DNA from: Lepidodermella squamata
Lineage: Eukaryota; Animalia; Gastrotricha
NCBI GenBank assembly: GCA_047495785.1
Contig: JBLDXI010000009.1
Span: forward strand, 5,456,001 to 5,520,000
Direction of reading: 5' to 3'
DNA length: 64,000 bases
Each line of letters opens with the position of its first letter. Position 1 is the first letter of the stretch. Made by a program: the position numbers and the translations under genes. Under the pieces are notes generated by a model. That model was not told where the DNA came from. It ran no database searches and saw only the letters and a list, made by a program, of their open reading frames with translations. This document shows, piece after piece, positions 1 through 12,186 of this stretch.

Positions 1-401
1 AAAACGCGCCGAAATCTAAAACGTATACAAAATAATCAGATTTTTTTCAAAAACAAATCAAATAAAAATTATTGAAAAATTCAACACGCATGCGAATTAG
101 AATTGCGGAGAGATCTCTATTTCAATCGAGATTATAGGCAAGTTCCTTCACAGGTCGTAAAATTAAATTAAATAAACCGTTTCGAGACTAGAAACATGGG
201 CACACATGAGCAGTCGAGATGCATATATAAATGAAACTGATTTCGCTCATCGTAACAAACGACAGGGAGAAAGCACAGACGCAAAAGCGGCAGTAAACAG
301 AGCAATCAAGAGAAGATAAAACAGTCGTATAGCCTTTTCGAGCACCAATGAAAACCAAGAAAATAGAACAAATATTTTAGAGGCGGCTCCAGAAATTTCA
401 T

Positions 402-2189
402 TCACGATCGCTTGCGGCCGTTTCCTGATTTTTCGAAGAACATGAAGTCCTGCAAAAAAAAATAAAAAATGTTCACAACTTCAAATTTTCCGATCTCTCA
501 CTCGACTCAAAAATAAATTGATTGAAACCATGAGACCGGAGTAAATAAGTTTCAGCATTTCAACAGCAAACTAGGTATCAGTTTCTTCGAAATTTTCTGA
601 CTTAGACAGCCGAGAAAACGTAACTGAAAAATTGAATTCAGACTGGAAATTTCTAAATTTTACAATAAAGTGAAACATAAATTTTTTTAATTATACCACT
701 TTTTAATTAGTTATTTTTTGAAATAAATTGAAGTAGAAAATTGCTTTTCAGTCAGGATAAATTTCGAATCATTATTTTATAATTTGGAGTATAATTTCGA
801 TGACATGTTTTTATTTACAAACAGACTAACAATTGTGAAAGCTTTACTTTGCGGATATTTCGTTAATGACCCATGGCAATAATGAAACTAAATTACGGCT
901 TACAATAAGAAACAGCACGCCCATTAAGGTGGCTTTAACGCGCACGTCGAGATCGCGCGGGAAGGCGATGCCGAAATTATCCGCATCAGTGAACACCTCC
1001 TGCGCAAAGCCGGACCACTGCTTCACGATCTTGCCGACTTTATCGCCGCCCGACACCGGGTAAATGTCGAATTCAGACGGGCAAGGGCAGGCCGGCATGA
1101 TGCAACACGGCCCGTCGATGCGTAGCTGGGGAACCAAGGCTTCGTCGAGAATTTCAAAATTCGGGCCGCACGTTGAGCACGTCGAACGAGCGTAGCCAAG
1201 AACGGCCCCGCCAGGCGATTCGACTCGAATTTCGTGATGACAACCTAGTAGGAAAAATTAGAAATCGATATCTATTTTACAAACAACCGATAATTCATTT
1301 TCAATCAAATTTTCTATTTAAAACATGGGCGGTAAGCAAAATTATGGGCATTAATAATCAATTAGCTTGGCCTCGTTCAACTTTACGGTATATTAGGAAA
1401 AATATCTGATTTCATAATCCAGAGGGCTCGTAGTATCCAATTAACCTTTACAAATTCCACTTTCGTATGGCACTATTAATGGGCTTCGCCCACTGCACTG
1501 CGATTTTTCGTCAATAATTGGTTTTCGCGTCATAACTCAACATCTCTAGGGAATTTCATTGAAAGGTTAAATTAAATTCGGACGCTTCCAGTCATATGAA
1601 ATTTCAAAATAACAAAACTCAATTGAGCTAGGCAATTTTGAGAACATGTTTGTAAGTGAAACTCATTTCTAATTCAGGTCCAATTACTTTGAATTTTGAG
1701 AAGTTCGAATAAGAAATGCGATTCATACGTACAATTAGAGCAGCAACAGCCGCCAACAGCGCATAACTTGAATGGGCGGTGAATGCGCAGAACTTCTTGG
1801 CTCGAACTATCAACAATGTGAATCGTGAATTCGCGATTCGTCCCGCAGCAGAAACGCATACAAAACGTCGATTCTTCGAATGCGTAATAGCACTGCTGGC
1901 CCAAATTGTTGAAAATGCGGTATTTATTCGCCTCTTCGAACCCAGTCATCGCCTCAAGAATTTCAGCCTGTTGCTGCACTAATAACTGGTCGATTTGTGT
2001 CAGATATTCTAAGCCAGTCGGGCAGTTAGGGATAGGGCCAGGCCGAGCCATCCAGTTGGCAGTTGCCGCGCCCACCATCCCACCTCCTGTAGTCGTGATT
2101 ATCGTAGTTTGAGCGCCGGGTTGAATCGAAACAGCCCCGGGTATCATCGACGGCATTGGCTGAGGTGGGATTTGCATATTTTGCAACAT
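402..2189 (-). CDS. Phospholipid scramblase (PLSCR family), copy 1; exons ~2189-1733, 1244-904, 449-402
   Basis: Motifs CPTGLEYLTQIDQLLVQQ, GFEEANKY, KQWSGFAQEVFTDADNFGIAFPRDLDVRVKATLMGVLFLI|DFMFFE; GT-AG introns join the ORF pieces in frame. Confidence 0.93.
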
Positions 2190-2420
2190 TTTCTGGCCTT
2201 AAAATATCTAAAATGAAATTGCGTTATATTCGTTTTATTATTACAACACCAACAGGTAAAAATAATTTCTAATACCAGGCAAAAAGCCGCAAAATACAGG
2301 TAGACTTCATGCGATGATTCAGAGCACGAAACGAAAAAAGGGGAAAGCAAAAACAAAACTAGAAATGACTCAGGCACATTAAAGCAGAGATTTCTTGGTC
2401 CTCTAGAGCAGTTATCCAAA

Positions 2421-3655
2421 TCAAAACCAGCCGCTGCTGCTGCTGTTGTTGTTGCCGTTACCACTTTGCTCGAAAAACATAAAGTCAATGAGGAAAAGAA
2501 CGCCGAGTAGCGTTGCTTTCAGTCTGACATCCAGATCAATCGGGAATGAAACGCCGAAATTGTCCGCATCGCTGAAGGCCTCTTGAATGAATCCAGACCA
2601 TTGTTTAGTAATACGGCCGACGCGTGCGTTTTCAGATCCGTAGGACAAAACGTTAAAGTCGTAATCGCATGGGCAACGCGGGAAGAACATGCATGGTCCT
2701 TCGATGGAGAAAACAGGGTTTCGCTGCGCGTCCAGTATAACAAAGGATGGGTTGCAGCAATAACACTGCTGGATAGCATAACCAATAGGGACACCGGGTG
2801 GAGCCTCAACTTGAATCTCTTGTTGGCATGACTGATCAACATAACGGATTAGCTAAATATCTACCGTGCTAGAGGGAGTAAACTTACTGAACAACACCCG
2901 TAACATCCGCCCATGGAGCATTTGAACGGGCGGAAGACACGCATGACTTCTTGATTCGAGTTATCAACAATGTGTATAACGAATTCCCTCAACGTTCCAC
3001 AACACATTCTAACAAAATACAGCACGAACTAGCTAGCTCAAGCCTGTATAGTCAATCTCTTACCTCTGACAGAAATCAGACTCTTCAAATGCATAGTAAC
3101 ACTGTTGACCCATCGAGTTAAACACTCGGTATCTAAAAAATACAGCTAGTTGAGTTTTAAGAAATTCCATAAATACTCACTTGTTGCAAGTTTCGTAGCC
3201 CCTGAAAGAAATCAAGAATAAGCAAAAGTAATAAAACACAAGTACTCAAGTGCTTACGTCATCATCTCGAAAATCTCCATCAGTTGATGAACCAGTAGCT
3301 GGTCAACTTGAGCTAGGTATTCCAGACCGGGCGGACAGCCCGGGATCGCAGCAGGTCTGTTCATCCACTGCATCTGACCGCGGCCTCCAGCTGCCATACC
3401 GGGCTGAATTTGCACTGCACCCGGTTGAGCAGCATAGTGGACACCAGGCTGTTGGCCCGGCTGTAGGTATGCTCCTGGTTGACCAGGTTGCGGATAGCCG
3501 GGCTGGGGATAGTAACCAGGCTGAGGATAACCAGGTGGGGGATAACCGGCTTGAGGCGCGTAGCCGGGCTGAGGAGCTGGATAGCCTGCTTGGGGCGGAT
3601 AGCCAGACTGAGGAGGCGGATAACCGGCAGGATAGCCTGGTTGTTGATACATCAT
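2421..3655 (-). CDS. Phospholipid scramblase (PLSCR family), copy 2, multi-exon, with Pro/Gly/Tyr/Gln-rich N-terminus
   Basis: N-terminal GYPPQ repeats, [19 protein letters not shown]-terminal [46 protein letters not shown]; several short introns; probable 5'UTR intron with donor at 3831. Confidence 0.93.
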
Positions 3656-4463
3656 AGATTTAAAACTTTCAAATACCTATAAATTTAAAAGAAATATTAA
3701 CAACTCCTGCGAACAGACGGCTGATGGTATAGCTACACAGTAGCACGGAGTACAAGATCAAGCGGCTATCAGCGTGAGGCTTAGTGCACTTGGTCCGATT
3801 CCGGATCCGCGCAGCTGAAATCATTGCTCACCTTGAATTTTTTCGCGGTAATTGATGCTCATATGACCTTGAACTTGTATCAAAAATACTAGCAGAAAAT
3901 AAAGAAGCTTAATGACATATTTTAAATGCAATATTTTTAATAAAACCTGCGGCGAAAATATTGATTGATCCCAGCAGAAGGCGCCAAGATTAAAAATCGA
4001 TATCAATAAAAATATCCACGCGCGATATTACTCGCATCGCGCATTCGAAATTGAAAAATAGAGACATACAATATGCATTCTCAGGGCGAAGAATTTGTTG
4101 CTTGTAATTTTTCAGAATGCCATAGCTCCTTGATTCTCGAGGCTTGAAGTTTCTACTTCACGCGGTGTTTCTCGATGGGTTTGAGATGCCGGTTCATTTC
4201 ATACCTGTCCAAATTCCATTAATCTATGTGTTCTGATTACGCCATTCTTCTTACAAGACGCTCATTTTTGCGAGGGCCAGTGTAGCTTGTTACTTTTTTG
4301 GCATAACATTTAACGAGAAGGATGGGATCTTCGAGTGAATTGTTTTTCTAGAAATTACCGGTTTCCAAATGTTGTGATTCACCGAAATTTAATCCTCTTG
4401 TATCAAATGCATTTGGAGCTCGAGATGTATTTTTGCTTCGATTGATGCCGCTCTAAGACAAAA

Positions 4464-7400
4464 ATGCTGAGGAGGAGCAATTACGATTTGGTGGACGAAG
4501 ACGGCTACGACATGCGCATCCCTGCAGTCAGCGAAGAGGCCTTCCAATACGGCATTATTTTCAAGCTGAAGGTGAGCTCTTGAATGTACACCATGATATA
4601 TGCCACTAATAATCTTATTCTAACATATATAGTATGTTGGCTCTTTGGATATACCGCGACCCTCATCGCGAACCGACATAATTTCAGCGATGCGTCGTAT
4701 CAGGGTTGGTTTGCATATATACTTTCGAATCATTTAAGCCATACACGCATTTCGATTCACCGCATTTTGACTTGAAATTTCTATCGTCACATGATTCATC
4801 CGTCGATCATTCTAATTTACTTATCCATGATTTGTTTCAACCTTGAGTTTTTGATCGCCTCGTTTTAAACCGGTGCGCGTGCACGAGAACCTTAGCACGT
4901 CCCGCGGTAATATTTTTGATATTTTGTTCCGAAAGTGGCTCTTCACTCATTTTCTCAAATAGTCGACACGCGACGTCCTAGCTCATCATAGCAGCATAAT
5001 TTCATAAAAACCGAAGTTGAGCAACGCTACGCAGACCGCCGCATATTTTATGAGTGGCGGGCAAAAAATAATGCAAGAATTTATCAACCCGTGCGTAAAA
5101 ATTTATTGCCGTTGATTTCGGCGCCGTATCGCTGCTAGTTGCGTCCGTCCGCGCCCAGCGCCCGCGCGTATAAGGACGTGTTCGGCGAGCAATGACGTGT
5201 TAAAATTGAATATATTATTGGTTTTTATTGCTCATCATAGCCCAGAACAATGTGATGGCTGTTATTGCCGAGTGCTGCTGTCCTGCAAACTAAGTAGCGT
5301 TTGGTTCTTGGTCTCGCGGCGCAATGCGATCCGTGCGATGATCGACTAAATTACAGTTTTACTCACTATGACAAATCAATATACTTTATTTACATACAAG
5401 CGATTTTTTGCCGCTTGTTTACGCAATATTACTGCAACTAAAGCACGAGAATGAAATTCAAATTTTGGCGTGAGATCCTTCAGTTCATTTAATCTTCCAT
5501 CACATTTTTTAATACAATTGCGTCTGTTCACCATCTAATAAATGTTATGAGAGTTGGATAAAAAGAGGAAGCTGAATAACTTGAAATGAAACTAATTCTA
5601 TTTACAGTGTGAATACAAGCTTCGATCCGCAAAAAAGAAGAAGGTGGTGATGATAGTCAGCGTTGACGGCATCAAAATATTTCCTCGCAAATCAAAGGCT
5701 TATTCATCGGTAAATTTCAAGTGATATATAAACTGAACTCGCACGAAATTACTTCATATTAGCCTTTACAGAGAAAGCTGTTATCGCCGTTTCTTCGGAG
5801 GGAACATTCTGCTTCTTCAGTTGCCTCAGCACCGACAGTCCCCAAAGTGGGACAAGCATTGGCCAGGGCAAGCTCGGCAACTCCTCTCACGTCAGCGAAT
5901 GTATCTACTTCTCGGGGAGGAAAAGCAACTAAATTGAAAGATGTCGAACCCATGGATACAAGCAACCAGGAAAACGGGGAGTCGAAGGAGCAAGATGCTC
6001 AGGATAACGTTGTGCCATCCAATGAATCTTGTGCGAACATGAATGCGTCGATGATTTCGCAGCCCGCCGATGCGATGTCAAGCAGTGGACTCCCGGAAGA
6101 TGAACCACCTCTGTTTCATCATGCCATTCATCGAATTTTCTTTGTATCTCATTACTCGCCGGACGAACGAGTGTTTTCATACATCGCTCGGAATAGCTCG
6201 AGTCAGCAACAACAGCAGCAGAACGCTAGTGGCAATACATCGGCAGCTCCCACTTGTCCTTTCACGTGCTACGTTTTCAAAACCTACAAGAAAAGCGAAG
6301 GTGAGTTGGATAAGGCTAGTCCTTTGAGGAGGCTAAATAAAGTCTTTGGGATAACCATCTGCCCGGAGGATTGCTAGGGTTCGCTTTATTTAAGGGTTAG
6401 AATTATGCCAATTTATTAAATAAGGATTGAAATGCCTAATCAATTAGGAAAAATCTTGCTGGCATTTCCGCGGCTAAAATTTAACCCCTGTGGATTCAAA
6501 CGGCTGCGATTTTCATAACTTTTTTCCTATGATTTATAGCCATCCGGATAGTTCGTACCATCGGCCAGTCGTTCGAGGTTTGCCACAATATATCTCAAAA
6601 GTTGGCGCAGAAAGCAGAGAAAAACAGCAAACCTGCGACAAGCGTCTCTGCTCACTGCATCTCAGCAAAAACTACAGACCCTCCTCCACCAAAGCAAACA
6701 CCTGACAATGATCCAATTTCATCTGCTATTAACGCAGCTCTTAATTATTCGGCAACTGGCGGTGGAAATTTACGTCGTCCGAACAACTCTCCACCAGCTC
6801 AACAGCCAGCTCAAAACTTGACCGTGCAACCAACACCGCCACTCATCCTCTCATCCTCGCTTTACTCAATGCAGCCCGGAGCTGTAACGAGCCTCGAAGT
6901 TGACCCCAATTCAGTTGAAAGAAGCCAGAGTTTACAGCAAATGCCATTGACAATGACTACATACGAGCTTAATACATCAACTGGTGCTAATACTGTTACG
7001 GCCTGCGTTGATCTCCACTCATCAAACGCTAATCAAGTGTTACTCACTTTCAACGACACAATGACAACATCAGCCACATCATCTTCATTATCAGGCGCAT
7101 CGACACTAACTAGTTTATCCCCGAGCCAGGTCATGAACAACTACTACTTCGCACCAGGTGCTGCCCCGAAAAATGAGCACATTGTCAACAAGAATCGGGC
7201 GAGTTTGACCGGTTCGATCCACAGTAGTGAAGGTACTTTCACTAATGACGAAGGGGCTAACGATCCTGCGACTCCAGTAGCACAGGCTACCCCGACGAAG
7301 AAAACTAACCACCTGGTGGTAAACGCGAATGCAACTACGACGTCGCCATTATTGCCTACTCACGTGACTCGGCCTGCGCTGAACCTGGATCCCAGGCTAA

Positions 7401-8161
7401 GTTTTGGCACGAGCGACGCCAGAGTTGCGGTGTTTCATCGAATGCTTGAATTGCAGCGACAAGAGAGCGAGGCATCTCAAGCTCAAGCTGAGCGACTACG
7501 GCAGCAACTGCTTGCTGAATGTGACGCGAGACAAGCTGCTCAGCAGAGAAATCACCAGCTACTACGGCAGAATTGCGAACTTGTTGATAAGTTAACCCAG
7601 TTATTCGAAAGGCTCGAACGCGTTGAAAAGAGCCTTATGTCTGGCAACAGCGGTTCAAGTAGTCCTTTCCCTGTGCCTCTACAACCCTCTACAATACCGA
7701 CTCGAGTCCTTCCGATCAATATCGCCCTTTCTCCCCAAACTCCGTCGCTTATTGATGAACCAATACCGATATTGAGTCCACCACCTGTAAAGTCTTTGCC
7801 AGTTAGAAGTATCTCGATATCCAGCGGTTCAAAGGAAGTTGCTGACTCGAACCAAGGCCACATGTGGACAATAAAGCAATCGCAGTCATCCCTGTCTCGC
7901 TTGGATCGAGAGGAGAACGTGTATCAATCTCTCAACAACTCAGTCATGTCTGATCGAATTACACCAGCGGCTAGCACAAAAACTATTGTTATGCTGAGCC
8001 CGTCTTCAGAGCTTCCAACATCGCCTAAACCACTGGCGAATTCAACATCTTTGCCCCACAAAGTCGAGCCAAGTAGCTCGGATGAGAAAGCTAAGGAGGA
8101 GTCTAGTGAAAATCCTCAGTTTATCAAACACCAACCGCAATTTTTTTCATGTAGTCTTTAG
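4464..8161 (+). CDS. NOS1AP: CAPON/NOS1AP-like (DYC-1-like) PTB-domain adaptor with C-terminal coiled coil, multi-exon
   Basis: Spliced N-terminus reads MLRRSNYDLVDEDGYDMRIPAVSEEAFQYGIIFKLK|YVGSLDIPRPSSRTDIISAMRRIR|CEYK..KKKKVVMIVSVDGIK, then HAIHRIFFVSH, VFSYIAR, CYVFK and a coiled coil AQAERLRQQLLAECDAR..HQLLRQNCEL. All match the CAPON family. Confidence 0.88.
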
Positions 8162-8665
8162 TTCGTTTTCACGTGATAGCAGCTTTAACAGTGAACTGAA
8201 ACGTGATAGAATGCTGTTGTCTGATATCTCATAGCAAGAAAAGGTGAAGGGAGATCGCGAAAATAAATTCATTGTGACGTCAGTTTTATCTTTGGAATAT
8301 TTCAGGGACGCTAAATCAGAGACATTATATGTCACCAGAGTCACCAGAGTTTTACTTTATGGAATTATGAGCAAAATTTTCCAGAGTGACTTCGGAGGTT
8401 TGCCTTCTGTCACCTCTTGTTCAAAAATGCCGTCGTTGATTGCCAAGGGACCTGAGTCCGATTGTTATTAGAATGAACAGAACACGCGTCCTAGTGACCT
8501 AGCTCGGAAACTTTCGAGATACTTCAGCTGCAGTCACGGTTGAAAGCCACTTTTCCATTGACCGGCTTATCGTGTTTTGACACTCAGAATTCGGTTGGAT
8601 CTCAGTATCCCTCCGAATTGCTTCATCTGGAGAATAGAAGTTGTTAAAATGCTGGATTCGCCTTT

Positions 8666-9962
8666 TTAAATCTTACGGAGGAGAGGTGCAATGCCTTCCA
8701 ATCGAACCAAGAAGCTCTGCTTATCATTAAGCCCGGCAGCAACTAATAGACTGTCTTCGCTTTCTACAGTGACACTTCGAATGTAGAGAAAAGGCTTCAA
8801 CAACAGAGGATCGATGATTTCGACAGATCTCATCAGCATGATGTCGATGAATATCGGTGATGAAATCAGCGTTACGCTCATCTTTGCTGCATTTACCACA
8901 CATAATTGAGCGCTATAAACTATTAAAAATATAATAACTAGAAATCTGACACGCAGGCAAATAAAATTCCAAACCTCTCCCATCTTCCTCTTTTTGAACA
9001 GAATGTGTCATTGCGAGGAAGTAATCTCCGAGGTAGTGGACCAATGGTGAACCTCCTCGAAGTATCAGACCATTTGTGGAGATCGATATTGGAGAATCAG
9101 GTTTGCCAAACTCAAAGGAGCAGCAAAACATTCGATCAAGCCTATCGATGTCACAGCTCATTACTCGAAAAACAGGCAAAAATTGGTAGATAAAATGAAG
9201 TTTGCCATTAATGACCAAGGGAGTCCAGTTCTTCTCAACATTGCCGAGTCTCAGTCCCTCAACTTTTATGGCATAGAGCACGCCATCATCCATCGACCAC
9301 ACATGCTGATGGCGAACGGTTTGCCCCGCATCATTCGATTGGGCGTAGATGAAATTCAAAAAAACAGATCCGTTCAAATCGAAAAGCCGTGGGTCTTCAG
9401 GGCCAGTGAAGTAGTAATCTTGAACAGGTGATGGGATGCCGAGAATGCGACCTGTGTTCGCGATATAATCTAGGTTTTCATCCAGCTCTAACGCGTAGAA
9501 GTAACTGTCTTGGTATTGATTGTGGATATACAGCTTTGCTTTCTCGTATCTCGCAAGGTTGAGCCATACTCTGAGGACGCAAAGAATTGATGACTCTCGA
9601 TGTAAACAAGATATTTGAAACGGGTTTAGCTCGAACCAATTTTCTCTGGTGATTGCCGAGGGGAAAGTCAGAGCAACTTTCGATGCGACTAAGGTTGATA
9701 TCTCAGCCAGGATAAGCGTTTTGACGCGGGCAGTTGAATTGCCCATCACAGTTTGGCTTGAATCACAGGACTGAGCAAACACTCCAGTTAAAGTGAAATG
9801 GTATTCAGATGATTCGTTGCGAGAAGCAGAAACAATTTTTTGCCTGAGACTGTGCATGAGCGTTCCCCAAGCGATAACTGTTGTGAAAATAAGAGCTGAA
9901 AAAAGTTTCGCCATGAAGGCAGGTTCTCGCAGATATTTCCGCGTGTATATTCTGTAATTCAT
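8666..9962 (-). CDS. Type II membrane protein with beta-1,2-mannosyltransferase (BMT/GT91)/GH130-like beta-propeller motifs; one intron ~8974-8921
   Basis: N-terminal hydrophobic anchor; motifs GPEDPRLF, EKNWTP, LRGGSP, GLND. A GT-AG intron joins ORF 8913-9962 to ORF 8666-8983 (..KEEDGR-V-YSAQL..). Confidence 0.65.
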
Positions 9963-10267
9963 GGCAGTGCTAATGAAGAGACGCGAAATTCAGGGAGTGA
10001 TGCCGATAGCTTCTTGGCTTCTTGTTACACGCCTTGATAGGAAAGGTTTTCCTCTGAAGGCACACGCAAACGGGCGATATAAAGTAATTAGCGTGAAATA
10101 AATGTATTATAGAGTGTAGAGTATAGAGCATGGAGTAAGCAAAAGTATGTGTTTCGATCTAACAATTCAATTATCAAGCGATTCTTTCAGTCAAGAGTGA
10201 AGTAATGAGATAACTATTTACTGATCATCGCGATGAAATGCGTTCAATAGCACGTTTTGCATGTAGC

Positions 10268-10340
10268 GGTTCGGTGGTGTAGTGGTTATCACATCTGCCT
10301 AACACGCAGAAGGTCGCCGGTTCAATCCCGGCCCGAATCA
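10268..10340 (+). tRNA. tRNA-Val(AAC)
   Basis: Cloverleaf, anticodon arm TCTGC-CT-AAC-AC-GCAGA; same sequence as 15916-15988. Confidence 0.95.
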
Positions 10341-10414
10341 GCTGTAAGCTTTTTGGTTGGCTGGCTGGCTATACGAAAAACTAACTTTACTGTCAATAAA
10401 TTAAATCAATAATT

Positions 10415-10705
10415 CGGTGGCCGAGTGGTTAAGGCATGTGACGTAGATGTTGCCGGACGCAGGACTACCCCGATTTTTTGACTGAGTCACAAAACAAGAA
10501 TATTCAGAAATTCGGCCCGGCCTCTGCATCAAAGCAATGATAAATCGAACGACATAATGAGCTTGGCTCATTATCTTATTCGCGATGTTTTCAGGCAAAA
10601 ATTCGAGTTAGTCCTGTATCCGTCAACATCTACGTCACATGGGTTAAGGCGATGGACTGCTAATCCATTGGGCTCTGCCGCGAGGGTTCGAACCCTTCTG
10701 CGTCG
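10415..10705 (+). pseudogene. tRNA-Ser(GCT) pseudogene, 5'-truncated and split by a 207-bp TIR element
   Basis: Matches 16270-16351 but lacks the first GACG, has small deletions, and is interrupted after GGTTAAGG. Confidence 0.9.
10435..10641. mobile_element. Non-autonomous TIR element (MITE) with 8-bp TSD (hAT- or P-like), inserted in tRNA-Ser
   Basis: ~46-bp imperfect TIRs whose first 18 bp (CATGTGACGTAGATGTTG) are perfect; flanking direct repeat GGTTAAGG at 10427-10434 and 10642-10649. Confidence 0.92.
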
Positions 10706-10795
10706 TAAAAACTATTGCCTCGGTGACGGCTGACGCTAGTTTTTTTCTAACAAGCTTGTGGTAAAAATGCAGATAAAGTTGTTAAAAAGAGAATG

Positions 10796-10867
10796 CTCCT
10801 TGGCAGGGAATCGAACCCTGGTCTCCCGCGTGACAGGCGGGGATACTAACCACTATACTACCAAGGA
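10796..10867 (-). tRNA. tRNA-Asp(GTC)
   Basis: TCCTTGGTAGTATAGTGG...CCTGTCACGCGGG...GTTCGATTCCCTGCCAAGGAG. Confidence 0.95.
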
Positions 10868-11098
10868 TGACAAAGCAATGATGAAATTCATTGAATTTCA
10901 TGAAGTAGGTATATTTTTCATTCGTGGCTATTTTTTTCCATGAACCTGAGCTAAAAAATCTTTTACACATGGTCAAAAACCACGCTTTTTATTATGAATA
11001 TTCCAAGGAAATGAAAAGATCGATATACCATACCAATACAAAATGACTCCAAGAGATCAAACACTAACGCCTAATAATCAGATAAGAGATATCAACCT

Positions 11099-11599
11099 TC
11101 AAATATAATCACTATCTTGCTGATAAATGCAGTCGATGTATATTTTGTACCGATGCGAAAAGGACCGCGCAAACCCGGCGTGAAACCGATCAACCGCTGC
11201 CACGAAGCGCAGTATGTCAGGCTCAACTATCTGGCACCCCGGTATCAAACGCCCCTCTTCGAAGCAGCAACGATACGTGCCAATAGTGATAATGCTGGCG
11301 GCTTCACTCCGACTTTTAGCTCCGTTCGTTTCCAACGATACACTCATGTTTCCACCCGCCCGCTGACCCGCTGCTGAAACATCGATCGTGAACCGACCAG
11401 GGCAAGATGCTAGCTCATTGATGTTGTTTTTGGTGTGAATTACGATCAGCGATCGCCAAAATGCCAGTAATTGATGTCGAGGATTCTTCCCGCAGCGGTC
11501 AGCATCTGACAAAGGCATAGGTACGGCTGGCGAGGCTATGAACAGGAAGTTGGCTGTTACGAGCACACTGAGAGCTGGTGACATCAGACTTCGCTCCAT
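11099..11599 (-). CDS. Secreted cysteine-containing protein, cystine-knot-like (IL-17/PTTH-like spacing)
   Basis: Signal-peptide-like N-terminus; LASCPGRFTID, YRCC, GC and terminal IYIDCIY resemble cystine-knot cytokine spacing; single ORF. Confidence 0.55.
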   Translation of the reverse strand: MERSLMSPALSVLVTANFLFIASPAVPMPLSDADRCGKNPRHQLLAFWRSLIVIHTKNNINELASCPGRFTIDVSAAGQRAGGNMSVSLETNGAKSRSEAASIITIGTYRCCFEEGRLIPGCQIVEPDILRFVAAVDRFHAGFARSFSHRYKIYIDCIYQQDSDYI

Positions 11600-12186
11600 A
11601 GATTAAAAATGACTAAAATATCTCTCTAATGCTGATTGAAGGCAGATGAAAGCTTACTGTACCAAAAACGTGACAGAAAGGAAGCATTTGCTATAATATT
11701 TAGGGAAATGTCAATACTTGGAAAATGGGTAATATCGGGAGAGTAAATCATGCCTATGAAAAACCCGTGTTTTCCTCGATTCAGTATTGGTTGTAATGTT
11801 ATTAATTTAATCTCTTGTGTGCTGTCTCGCGTCCACCACCCGCTCGTGATTTCGCGCCTCTGAAAATGGTGAAAATGGACTGTCTCATAGCTGATAGCTG
11901 GGCCGCGTTACCCTGCCCTTGAGACTCATCCCCAGTCCATTCGCTGCGAGTGCCGCGCTATATTTTTGAGTGGTCAAAATATTGATATTATTAGACCAGA
12001 AGAGAAATTTTTTCATGACTGCAAGTTGTACAGATTCCTTATTTCATGTGACGCACTCCTCATCTTGTAAAGAATGATTAAGCCGTAGCACATAAATTAT
12101 TTATTCGAAAAATCACGTTAGAAATGTGAACGATAAGATATATACCTAAAGATATTGTGGTAAAAACCCTTGATCTATTCGGCAGC

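Noticed and set aside
8913-8983. Apparent frameshift or pseudogene in the BMT-like gene
   Set aside because: Explained by a short GT-AG intron that restores the frame.
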